From positions 32,001-96,000 of the IMG/VR virus record IMGVR_UViG_3300008450_000005: DNA of 64,000 nt. The stretch is one strand, 5' to 3'. The notes under the pieces were generated by a model. That model had not been told where the DNA came from. It saw nothing but the letters and a program-made list of their open reading frames with translations, and ran no database searches. Source of the DNA: a virus. The translations under genes and the position numbers were made by a program. Below, one piece after another: positions 29,897-39,254 of this stretch. The number at the start of each line of letters is the position of its first letter. The first letter of the stretch is position 1.

Positions 29897-31504
29897 ATGG
29901 CCGATTTAAAGCTTGTTCGGATTACAAAAGGAGATACCCAAACGGTACTCATAAATAAATTAAATCAAAATTTCGGAAGGATACTTTCTTCCGGCGGAGG
30001 AACCTATGGAAGGACTGGACAGGCAGGAACAATTGGCAACCCTGGGCTAACAGGTCCAACTGGAGACTATGGATCACCTGGTATCAGAGGATCTAAATGG
30101 TTTGTCTCGAATCTAGAACCACCCACAGGACTAACCGGATATTATGATGGTGACCATTGGGTAGTATCAACTGATGACTTCAAAGATTACATTTTAACTG
30201 GCGGGGTTTGGACTCCAAGCGGTTTATTTCTAACCGGAACTCAGTTTTTCACCAAAATCGAAGACATCAAGGATAGAACCGGCGATCAGACTAAAAATGC
30301 AATCGTCGAATTCACATCTACCCCATCTTCAACAACCATGGTTTTGTCTGATACCACCACGAGTACTTCGTATGGTAACAGTCAATATTCAAAATTCCAA
30401 ATATCCACTATTGGATCAGCTGGTAGAAATGTCCTAGAATTCTCTAAATCTGAATTACAGGACGGAACCGGTGCGGAAGCTTCGAAACATCCATATTTTG
30501 CATGGGAATTTGATGCAACACCGAATGATTACAGTCTAGTTTGGGGAATGACCGGCGGAGGATTCTTTTTGTCTGCTTCTGATTTGGCTATGATATCCCA
30601 AACTTCTGACTTTGAAATAGGAGTTACCGGAGCGATCATTTTTGATAATTCAAGTTCTCTGTTTCAATTTTCTAAAGAAAACATTGAGGTATCAACCGGG
30701 TCAGATTTTTATCTTTCATCAACAAGCACAAGTTTAGGAGCTACCGGTCTATCACTCTCCGGCAGTTTAAAGATTAACTCGGATTCAGCAACGGTTCCGG
30801 GAGTTACTTCAGATTCGTATATTACTGACGGTGGAAATGTTAGAATAACCTACACTACACCAAGCTCACTCAATCTACAGGATTCTCAAATCTCCTTAGT
30901 TAACGTAGTCCACGATTCAATCACAAACCCACTGTTCTTAAGCACAGCAGACGGCGAAACGAGATTTGCAAATTTATCTGAATCATATAACCAGGACCTA
31001 ACCGTTTTATCTGGCGCAACGGGAGCATATACCCGTGGTGGCACTGGATATTATATAAATTGGGCATCGGTTTCTCCAGCACCGGTCGGACCTACTGCCG
31101 ATCGTTCTCTTGCATACTTTAACACCGTAATAGTAAGTCCTTCGGGATTAACAGGTGGTGGAACAGCGGGCAATCCATTTAATGGGGTCAGCTTTTTAGG
31201 CACTTACGGATCAGGAATGAATAATAACCCTCTTGCTAAGATGATCGAAGAAAATAGATCATTCTCCCTCACTGTAACAGGGACTACGCAAGACCATTCA
31301 TTTAAAGCTGTTGGGATTGGAACTTATTCTAATCCAGCATCTCCTTTCCCGAATCCGTCAGTTGGTTCCGAATGGCAGATTTTACCATTTGCGTCACCGG
31401 CTGTTACTTTCCATGTCATGAGATTACCAAACAACGGAGCAACTGGTAGCTGGAGGGTTTTCTTCGAGGCTAATAAATTTTCAGGATTACTTTACGAGGC
31501 ATGA
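29897..31504 (+). CDS. Collagen-like tail fibre, paralogue B
   Basis: KLNQNF, then 11 Gly-X-Y triplets, GSKW and GDHWV. Confidence 0.7.
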   Translation: MADLKLVRITKGDTQTVLINKLNQNFGRILSSGGGTYGRTGQAGTIGNPGLTGPTGDYGSPGIRGSKWFVSNLEPPTGLTGYYDGDHWVVSTDDFKDYILTGGVWTPSGLFLTGTQFFTKIEDIKDRTGDQTKNAIVEFTSTPSSTTMVLSDTTTSTSYGNSQYSKFQISTIGSAGRNVLEFSKSELQDGTGAEASKHPYFAWEFDATPNDYSLVWGMTGGGFFLSASDLAMISQTSDFEIGVTGAIIFDNSSSLFQFSKENIEVSTGSDFYLSSTSTSLGATGLSLSGSLKINSDSATVPGVTSDSYITDGGNVRITYTTPSSLNLQDSQISLVNVVHDSITNPLFLSTADGETRFANLSESYNQDLTVLSGATGAYTRGGTGYYINWASVSPAPVGPTADRSLAYFNTVIVSPSGLTGGGTAGNPFNGVSFLGTYGSGMNNNPLAKMIEENRSFSLTVTGTTQDHSFKAVGIGTYSNPASPFPNPSVGSEWQILPFASPAVTFHVMRLPNNGATGSWRVFFEANKFSGLLYEA

Positions 31505-33009
31505 AAATTAACAATAAATATATTAGAACAGGCGACCCTGCTTCTACAATCATCGATAAATCGAATTTCAACTTCGATCAAATTCTAGCGAGTGGATTTG
31601 GTGGAACCGGCTTCAATGGAGTTAAGGGACCAACCGGCGTAATAGGAAAAATTGGGCCTGATGGACCACAAGGAGCTACAGGTGTAAGAGGTTCTAATTG
31701 GTATCAGCAGAACACTTCTCCTTCAACAGCAGGAGCAAGTCCTTATGATTACTGGATAAATACTTCTAGCACGAATCAAGACCAGGTTTATTACTATGCC
31801 GGACCAACTTCTGGTTGGGTTGATTCGGGAGCATCTCTCAGAACTAATGGGGTCTTTGCTGGTGTTCAATCACTTTTGGGACCAGAAGGAGCTACAGGTT
31901 ATTCCGCAATTGTTATTAACGGCACTGGCGGAAGCCAAGCCAGAACTACTTTTGTCTATTCTGACACTGTATTTTCGGCTATCAACGCCAATCCCAATTT
32001 AGCGAAGGTTTTAATTAGTACTGATAGCGAATCGAACGATGGAGCGATCCTCGGATTTTCTAAGACAACCACGAATGCACCAGGTTATCCAAGTTTCTAT
32101 TGGGCTTCTACCGGAACAGATTACAGTCTTTCGTTCGAAACCAATTCTGCTTTGAGCATTACATCAGGCAAAGAATTTGGAATACATTCAGATTCAACTT
32201 TTTATCTTTCTTCTTCCGTCCTAGATTTTAAATCAGGAGGAGTTTTTTCTCTAGGAGCAACTGGAAACATTTCAATAACATCCGATCCTTCTATCCAGAT
32301 AACTTCCACCGAATTAAGCTTTAGAGGAAATCAAAACACTTTGAACGTTCCTCTTATCTTGAGCAAAGCAATAGGATCAACCGGCTCATACAAGATCGAT
32401 GTCGAGGGCAGCCTATTCAAAAGTGGATTGATACTGACGTCAGCGGGTGCAACATCTAGCCCAGATTTATTAAAAATCAACAATACTGATGGCATAAACC
32501 TTCTTAAGACCAAGCAGAATTCACAGACTGTAATTGGGCTTACCGGGTCAACCGGTGCACACATCGTTGATGGCTTCAGAAGCATCGATTGCAAGTTTAT
32601 CCCAACCGGATCAACTGGATCAATCACTTATGGTATTGTCGATTTGACAAGTCCCGATTACTTCAACGTCAATAAAATCTATTTGGCTTTCCCGTCGAAC
32701 ATAAACACGTCATACGTCGATCCCAGATTTTACGTTTCACTTCCTTCACCATCTTTAGACATAAAGATATCCAATCCCGGACATGTTTCTGTTTATAAGA
32801 TTTTTAATGGTGGGACCGGTTACAAATTGAATGGCATTGCATATCAGGAAAAGAAAAACATTGGTAATAATGCTGTTATACTGGAAAGGAGAATAGATTT
32901 TCCAAATCCAGATGACGTAGAAATCCTAACTTTAACATATACAGGAGATCAATCCTCATTCTTTTATAATATTGGAGCGACCGGTGCTTTTGTTAATATG
33001 AACGCTTAG
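31501..33009 (+). CDS. Collagen-like tail fibre, paralogue C
   Basis: KSNFNF, then 11 Gly-X-Y triplets, GSNW and YDYWI. Confidence 0.7.
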   Translation: MKINNKYIRTGDPASTIIDKSNFNFDQILASGFGGTGFNGVKGPTGVIGKIGPDGPQGATGVRGSNWYQQNTSPSTAGASPYDYWINTSSTNQDQVYYYAGPTSGWVDSGASLRTNGVFAGVQSLLGPEGATGYSAIVINGTGGSQARTTFVYSDTVFSAINANPNLAKVLISTDSESNDGAILGFSKTTTNAPGYPSFYWASTGTDYSLSFETNSALSITSGKEFGIHSDSTFYLSSSVLDFKSGGVFSLGATGNISITSDPSIQITSTELSFRGNQNTLNVPLILSKAIGSTGSYKIDVEGSLFKSGLILTSAGATSSPDLLKINNTDGINLLKTKQNSQTVIGLTGSTGAHIVDGFRSIDCKFIPTGSTGSITYGIVDLTSPDYFNVNKIYLAFPSNINTSYVDPRFYVSLPSPSLDIKISNPGHVSVYKIFNGGTGYKLNGIAYQEKKNIGNNAVILERRIDFPNPDDVEILTLTYTGDQSSFFYNIGATGAFVNMNA

Positions 33010-33043
33010 TGGAAACTAAATATTAGATAACTGGATACAATGG

Positions 33044-33325
33044 ATGAAAGATAAATACATGGGACAAAAATTAGAAAAAGAAGATCTGGACAAAGTAAAA
33101 TTATTGATGCTTAAATACAAAGAATGTCACGACGAGATTAAGGGGTTGGAGCAAAAAATGGAGGAAATCTCGAATGACATGAATTTTAAACTAAGCGATC
33201 TCAATGGTTTGAGAGACGAAGAAAGAATTCTTTACGAAAAATTGGCTCAAACTCACGGATCGGGATATCTCGATACGCAAAATTTAGAATGGATAAACCA
33301 AAACGATGAAAACAGCATACACTAG
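33044..33325 (+). CDS. Small coiled-coil hypothetical protein
   Basis: 93 aa; heptad-rich, ending in L...HG.G.LD. Confidence 0.6.
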   Translation: MKDKYMGQKLEKEDLDKVKLLMLKYKECHDEIKGLEQKMEEISNDMNFKLSDLNGLRDEERILYEKLAQTHGSGYLDTQNLEWINQNDENSIH

Positions 33326-34097
33326 CTTATTATTCTTGGCTATAGGAATTTTAGCTTTCTTACTACTAAAACAATGTAACTCAAGTTCTGCGGCCGAGGA
33401 AGAATTGGCAAGATTGCAGAGAAATGCTCTGGCTATGTCTGACACTTTGAAGATTATTAAATCTGAGAATGGCAGAATGGTTGTAGAAAAAAGTTCTTTA
33501 GAGCTCAAAGTTTCCGAACTCAATTCAGATCAAAAAGCTTTGATTAAAAGATTGGAATTTTCCAATGCTAAGCAGCCTGAGATGATTATTCAGACTGAAG
33601 TGGTTTACAGAGACACCGGTATTAAGGCAACTTCTACCGTGGCGAAGACAACCGATTCGACAGGAAACTTTAAATTAGCTTACACACCAACACTTCCAGG
33701 CAAAAATAAATTTGCTATTTCAGGAGATGTACCTTATCTTCTCCGAAAATTGAGGGATAGCGGATCATTATCAAAATATGCTGTGTTTCCAAACGGAGAC
33801 GCCAAGCTAACAGTTGAACAAACCATCGATGTTGTTGCTGGGCTATACACAGATCCAGAAACTAAGCTTCTCAAAATCAGATTATCGACAGATTTCCCGG
33901 GCATCAGCTTCGCAAACGTCAACGGAATTAAAATAGTTGACAACGCTGAAAGCAGAAGAGCTCTGAGAGATAGTCGGAAAAATTTCGGAGTAGGATTCAA
34001 TCTTGGATATGGCTTGGGCTTCACCCCAAGCGGCTATAATCTTGGCCCATATCTTGGAATTGGAATACACTATTCACCTAAAATCTTACAATTCTAA
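33306..34097 (+). CDS. Membrane-anchored coiled-coil protein with a C-terminal beta-hairpin (spanin-like)
   Basis: N-terminal hydrophobic helix ending LLLKQC, a coiled coil, then C-terminal FGVGFNLGYG...GPYLGIGIHYS..LQF. Confidence 0.5.
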   Translation: MKTAYTSLLFLAIGILAFLLLKQCNSSSAAEEELARLQRNALAMSDTLKIIKSENGRMVVEKSSLELKVSELNSDQKALIKRLEFSNAKQPEMIIQTEVVYRDTGIKATSTVAKTTDSTGNFKLAYTPTLPGKNKFAISGDVPYLLRKLRDSGSLSKYAVFPNGDAKLTVEQTIDVVAGLYTDPETKLLKIRLSTDFPGISFANVNGIKIVDNAESRRALRDSRKNFGVGFNLGYGLGFTPSGYNLGPYLGIGIHYSPKILQF

Positions 34098-36493
34098 TGG
34101 CAACATATTCAACGACATCTAAATACGTTCAGCTGACCTCCTGGTTGTTGATGGAGTACATGTATGCGGACAATCCAAATCCCGAGGTGTACACAACAAA
34201 TGACGTTGGATATAATAGAATCGTCAACGGGTACAGAGATAATGATGTCCAGGCTTTCAACCTGAATGGTGACTATACTCAAACCCAAAATACAGCTGCA
34301 GTTTCTGTAGTACAGGTCAGCGATCAGAGATTTGTTACACTTAACCAAGATCTGATTGTTCCTTATAACGATTACACATCACAGCTAACACCTTCGTCAC
34401 AGATGACCGTGTCATTTCCTTCGAATCTATCAATAACTTACGATTCGGTAAGATATTGGATACTTGCAGGATATAACCTTTCAAACATCGATGGTGTTAT
34501 CGTTCAGATACAAGCTCAGGACCAGGATTTAAGTTTCGTGACATTGTCACAGATTCTACTTAGAAGAACTAGCGCTGATCTCTATACTTTTTCTCCTAGT
34601 CCTCTTTCAGTTGGATCGAGCATCTACGACAAATATTTCGAGATAAGCATTCCGAGTTTACCGTCCATGATGAACTCATACGAAGCGGCTCCGGCTGGTA
34701 GTAAGAGTGCTCAGTTAGCATCGAAGATCTCCAAGAGTGGCTTTGGATTTGTAACGAATTCACCTCTTAGAATTACAGCTTTCCAGGTAGGTTCGATTCA
34801 AACCGTTGATGGTTATGATAACTATTTAACCCAAACAATTGATACCCTAAGTCTCGAAGCTGAAGATCCATTCTCAGAAGTTGCAGCTTACATTGCACCA
34901 TCAGTTAATGGACAGTTTTTTGAATACTTTGCCACTTACGATGGCGGATTCATTGAAGATTTTATTCTCTTCCAGAATTCAATCGGAAACGCTTATGTGA
35001 TTTCCCACCAGATTGAAGTTTTGGAGCAGATCGGAGCAGCTTTGATTGAAACTTCCAATTTCACATCTCTTCAGACAACCGGATACGATATACCAAATCT
35101 TTACCGTCCGATCATCAGAAATGCAGCGGTTGCAGTTTCTTTCACATTAAAGTATACTATGACCCTTGTCAATAACGCAAATCAACAGCGTGTTGTCAGA
35201 GTAAGCTCATACACCAGCACTGATCCACATTCATACGGTACCACAATTCAGCCAATAACGCTGTCTAATGCACCTCAGGTTCAGAAAATCTATAATAAGA
35301 TTCTTTCAGCACCTGCCATTCAGCTATCATCTGACGTGTTTAACTCTCAGCTGGGAGCTAGGGAGGTTATCCGTATCAATAACGTTTTTGTAGATAATAC
35401 GAATGTTAATCTAGGCATAACCAATCTTGCGATTAATAATAATTCAATCACCCCTGATCCATCTGGAAGTTCTACCTCGGCTAGAATTATCTATTATGGA
35501 AAGGGCAAATCAGAGATTGATATTTCTCCGTTCGATAATTACTTTAAGTTTACTGTCATTCTTGGCTCAACAGGCACAACACCTAAAGCCATGAATTTCG
35601 ACACTGGTGGTACTTATTACATCCAATTCATTGATAACAACGGAAAGAAATTATCAATACCTAATATTTCGAATTCAAATATTGCTAATCCAGCCAAAGG
35701 TGAGTTGGCTTTTAAAATAGACGAGACTTTCTCGACAAAGATACTTCAGTTTACTGATCGTACCTTCTATATCACAAATAGATCTCCGCAGCCAGGGGAA
35801 GATAATCAGGTTAAGGATAATACTGTCTCTACCGCGGTATCGATTCAAGATGTTCGTGCTACTACAACGTCTTCAAATAACATATCTCTAAATAATATCT
35901 TCGGCATCCCCGCTTCTTCAGTGGTTTATTGGGGATATTGGAAATCTGAAAAAGAATCTTCAAGATTTATTGGAGCAACCGGAGCAACCGGTCCGATCAG
36001 AAGTACTAGACCATTCGGTCCTACAGGACCTATAGCTGCTTCCAATCAGCCCGACGGTGTTAATCTATTAAGAAATACACCTCCTGTCGCTGCAGCCGGT
36101 TTAACTGGTGGTTCAGCAATAGGCAGATCCGGTGGAAGCCGTCCTCTTAACACATCCAATCTAACTCTCGATGAAAAACTCTCTGCAGTTTCTGCTTCAG
36201 TTGAAGGATTTGTAGACAAGGGGTGGACAATAGAACGCATAATTGCATACTTCTTGAAGCCAGGTGAAATTGGATATCGCTTATACAACTTATCCAAAGA
36301 GGACTTCAAATTAGCTGTTGTGGGGATTTTCTCTGCTGCTGATCTAGGTCTAATCGATAACTTTGGCAACACGCAGAGCGGAAGAACAAATGGTGGACAG
36401 GCAGCAAATAAAGGGAGAGTAACTCAAACCGGTGGTGGAAATACATCAAATGATCTTGAAAATAGAGCAACAAAGGGAGGTAGAATGCTATGA
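34097..36493 (+). CDS. Structural protein
   Basis: 798 aa and beta-rich with GATG/GPTG motifs; coupled to the tail-tube-fold gene. Confidence 0.5.
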   Translation: MATYSTTSKYVQLTSWLLMEYMYADNPNPEVYTTNDVGYNRIVNGYRDNDVQAFNLNGDYTQTQNTAAVSVVQVSDQRFVTLNQDLIVPYNDYTSQLTPSSQMTVSFPSNLSITYDSVRYWILAGYNLSNIDGVIVQIQAQDQDLSFVTLSQILLRRTSADLYTFSPSPLSVGSSIYDKYFEISIPSLPSMMNSYEAAPAGSKSAQLASKISKSGFGFVTNSPLRITAFQVGSIQTVDGYDNYLTQTIDTLSLEAEDPFSEVAAYIAPSVNGQFFEYFATYDGGFIEDFILFQNSIGNAYVISHQIEVLEQIGAALIETSNFTSLQTTGYDIPNLYRPIIRNAAVAVSFTLKYTMTLVNNANQQRVVRVSSYTSTDPHSYGTTIQPITLSNAPQVQKIYNKILSAPAIQLSSDVFNSQLGAREVIRINNVFVDNTNVNLGITNLAINNNSITPDPSGSSTSARIIYYGKGKSEIDISPFDNYFKFTVILGSTGTTPKAMNFDTGGTYYIQFIDNNGKKLSIPNISNSNIANPAKGELAFKIDETFSTKILQFTDRTFYITNRSPQPGEDNQVKDNTVSTAVSIQDVRATTTSSNNISLNNIFGIPASSVVYWGYWKSEKESSRFIGATGATGPIRSTRPFGPTGPIAASNQPDGVNLLRNTPPVAAAGLTGGSAIGRSGGSRPLNTSNLTLDEKLSAVSASVEGFVDKGWTIERIIAYFLKPGEIGYRLYNLSKEDFKLAVVGIFSAADLGLIDNFGNTQSGRTNGGQAANKGRVTQTGGGNTSNDLENRATKGGRML

Positions 36494-37053
36494 TTTTAAA
36501 TTCTAGAGCCAGTAGTTTCTACTTTGTTTTCCCTAAGGGATTTTTTCCGGAGGTCGTTGTTGAGAAATATATGCCCTATGTTAAGAGCTTGCAAACTCCG
36601 TTTGATACCTTGACGCAGTTCATGAATTCTACTATTCAGAGTATAAATTTTCCAGGCATGAGCATGGGATCAACCCAGCAGGTTAGATATCTTGGCAAAA
36701 AGGTGGTTTATAAGGACGCAACCCCGGTTCAGGATCTATTCAATCAGGAATTTTCTGTTAGCTTTAGAATGACTGATGGATTTGTAAATTATTGGATTAT
36801 GCTAGATACGATTTTGAATTTCCAAAATTTCAAAAACGAGCAGCTCTATGTTCCAACTTTGCCACTCCGTTTTTTGAACACAAATGGTGATATTTTGGTT
36901 ACGAACAACTTCGAAAACGTTATAATTAGCTCCATTTCGGACGTTCAGCTCAATTACACACAGAATTCACCCCAGGTCAGCACATTCAGTGTCGGCTTCA
37001 AAAGTAATTTCATGCACATCCAACTTCACATGGATCAAAAAGTTACTGGGTAA
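36490..37053 (+). CDS. Tail tube-fold protein (gp3/gp54/gp19-like)
   Basis: 187 aa; QSINFPGMS...FSVSF....F.NY...F.......IS.VQL.Y.....TFSV.F pattern. Confidence 0.6.
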   Translation: MILNSRASSFYFVFPKGFFPEVVVEKYMPYVKSLQTPFDTLTQFMNSTIQSINFPGMSMGSTQQVRYLGKKVVYKDATPVQDLFNQEFSVSFRMTDGFVNYWIMLDTILNFQNFKNEQLYVPTLPLRFLNTNGDILVTNNFENVIISSISDVQLNYTQNSPQVSTFSVGFKSNFMHIQLHMDQKVTG

Positions 37054-37060
37054 GAGTTTA

Positions 37061-37068
37061 GATATATA
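37061..37068 (+). promoter_or_regulatory. GATATATA putative late promoter
   Basis: Intergenic, upstream of 37097. Confidence 0.7.
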
Positions 37069-37096
37069 GTAAACAAATAGAAATAAAAGCAAGACA

Positions 37097-37330
37097 ATGA
37101 AAACGTTTTCCCAAATACAGAGACTTAATGAAATGAAGTACGGACAACCTTTGTACGACGAGAAGGATCTGATGAAAAACCATCTTATCACTGCAGCAGG
37201 AAACGATGTAAGAGTATTGAACGACATCGTAGCTTGTTTAAGTGAGGATCAGATGAAGAAGTGTTACGATAAACTTGTTAAAGAATACGCTTTCACTGGC
37301 AAACAAGGTGAAAACGTACCAAGCAAATAA
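37097..37330 (+). CDS. Small protein with a capsid-targeting-like leader (MKTFSQIQRLNE)
   Basis: N-terminus resembles T4 internal-protein leaders (MKTF/MKTY...xE). Confidence 0.6.
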   Translation: MKTFSQIQRLNEMKYGQPLYDEKDLMKNHLITAAGNDVRVLNDIVACLSEDQMKKCYDKLVKEYAFTGKQGENVPSK

Positions 37331-37333
37331 TGA

Positions 37334-37675
37334 ATGTCTGGTCTCGTTGGAATAATCTATGGCTGGGATAGCTCCGGTAAGACCCTATCGGTTTTAATTA
37401 ATCCCGATTTGGTTACAACCACGGAATCTACTTCTACGACTTTCTCTATCGTTTCTAAAGCTGTTAACTCCACGGTTGATCTATCTGTGACCAACCCCGG
37501 TCATGAAGCTTATGGTACTGCTTATAATTTTACTGGTCCGGCGGGAAGCGGTGATTTTATGAATTCATCATGGCAAAAAGCTGTTAACAATACAACATCA
37601 ACACAAACGTTCATCTTTTTAGATTTCGCTTCTCAAGGTTACATCACGCAGAAAAGAATTTTAATATATCCCTAA
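37334..37675 (+). CDS. Hypothetical virion-associated protein
   Basis: 113-aa S/T-rich ORF in the operon. Confidence 0.55.
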   Translation: MSGLVGIIYGWDSSGKTLSVLINPDLVTTTESTSTTFSIVSKAVNSTVDLSVTNPGHEAYGTAYNFTGPAGSGDFMNSSWQKAVNNTTSTQTFIFLDFASQGYITQKRILIYP

Positions 37676-37679
37676 GATA

Positions 37680-38504
37680 ATGGAATATGTTCAATTCATA
37701 CTGAATACAAATAGTTCGGGACAGAACACTACCCAATCATTCCCGCTGGAAGCAATTTCGGAGATATATTCAACCGAGGATGCTGTGGTTCTATTTTTCG
37801 ATTCAGTTTCTGCAACTTTAGCTGGTGAGATAAACAGTAGAAAATACTATTACGGAACTAGAATTACCCTTTTCAAAACTGGAAATGGCAACAATATTCT
37901 TGGTGGTTTATTAAACGCTCTATCTAAAGCTTATTGGTCCGATGCTGTTTTCCCTACCATTATAAATTTAACACAACTTACAAATACCATAACCGTTGAA
38001 GATATTGTTGGTTCTAGCTATCCTGCGGGAGGAACCGGCGCATTCATGCCATGCGGGTCATTTTATGATACAACATCACAGCTGAGCGGTGGTATAACTG
38101 CTGCTAATATTATTACATTTAACACCACGACTATAACCAATGGCGTTTATGTGACTGGCGGATCCAGGATGACCGTACAGTATCCCGGAATTTATAATAT
38201 CCAATTCTCCGCACAAATAGACAAAACGGATAGCGGTATCGATTTCGTAGATCTTTGGCTCTCTAAAAATGGAGCAAACCTCCCCGATAGTAACACCTCC
38301 CTGTACCTTCCTGGAAATAACGCTAAAGTGGTTGCCGCATGGAACTTCGTGATCGCGGCTTCGGGCGGAGATTATTTTGAATTAGTTTGGTCTTCGACCG
38401 ACGAAGATGTTTTATTGTATTATCAAGGACCTACCTCAGGTCCATTACGTCCGGCAATCCCCTCTGTCATTGCATCGGTGACCTGGGCGGGAGCTACAGC
38501 TTAA
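37680..38504 (+). CDS. Protein with a C-terminal C1q/TNF-like (BclA-CTD-like) jelly-roll domain
   Basis: GSFYDT..Q...ITFNT...GIYNIQFSAQ...WL.KNG...WNFVI...GDY.EL...PSVIASV. Confidence 0.55.
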   Translation: MEYVQFILNTNSSGQNTTQSFPLEAISEIYSTEDAVVLFFDSVSATLAGEINSRKYYYGTRITLFKTGNGNNILGGLLNALSKAYWSDAVFPTIINLTQLTNTITVEDIVGSSYPAGGTGAFMPCGSFYDTTSQLSGGITAANIITFNTTTITNGVYVTGGSRMTVQYPGIYNIQFSAQIDKTDSGIDFVDLWLSKNGANLPDSNTSLYLPGNNAKVVAAWNFVIAASGGDYFELVWSSTDEDVLLYYQGPTSGPLRPAIPSVIASVTWAGATA

Positions 38505-38519
38505 ATTGTAAAAATTCGC

Positions 38520-39254
38520 ATGAACAACACCTGCTATATAGGAATAGATTTTTCACTCAACTCCCCAGCTTTTTGTATAATTACTGAAAAAGAAACAATG
38601 TGGGGCAGTTTGACCCGCACGGATAGGACCTCCGAATCTCTAAAAAAATCTAAGGACAAGCCCTATGCCATTTTGGATGGATTTGAACAGTTCGATCTTT
38701 TCTTTCTTGATAAGAAGGAATTGCCGGATGATTACAGTCAGAAGGAAAGGGTTAAAATCGCATACTTTCAGGAGCTTGTTGAAGTTTTCTGGAATAAAAT
38801 ACTAAGCCATGTAGACGTAACCAACGCTTACGTAGCTATGGAAGGACTAAGTTTTATGTCGGCTGGAAATGCTCTGATAGACATTTCCATGGCCACCGCT
38901 TTGATCCGAAAAAAAATCATTGACTCTATAGATAGCGAGAGGTTCCACGTTTTTTCGCCAACAGAAATAAAAAAATTCGCCGGAAAGGGCAACTTTAAGA
39001 AGGATGAGATGTATGATTCTCTAATAGCTTCCAAAAGAATTCCCTTGCTCTGCGACATACTTGAAAAAAATCGAAACAATTGGATAACCCCATCTCTACA
39101 GATTAATAAACCGGTAGACGATTTAGTTGATGCCACATGGATATCACTCTTTTTAAAAGACATCGTTGAAGGAAATTTTGAACAAATTGAAACCAAAAAG
39201 AAAAAAACAATTAAAAAGAAAACAACAAAAACAAAAAAAATTGAGAAATTATGA
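38520..39254 (+). CDS. RuvC-like Holliday junction resolvase
   Basis: IGIDFS (catalytic Asp), VAMEG, P.EIKKFAGKGN..K..M and DDLVDA. Confidence 0.8.
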   Translation: MNNTCYIGIDFSLNSPAFCIITEKETMWGSLTRTDRTSESLKKSKDKPYAILDGFEQFDLFFLDKKELPDDYSQKERVKIAYFQELVEVFWNKILSHVDVTNAYVAMEGLSFMSAGNALIDISMATALIRKKIIDSIDSERFHVFSPTEIKKFAGKGNFKKDEMYDSLIASKRIPLLCDILEKNRNNWITPSLQINKPVDDLVDATWISLFLKDIVEGNFEQIETKKKKTIKKKTTKTKKIEKL

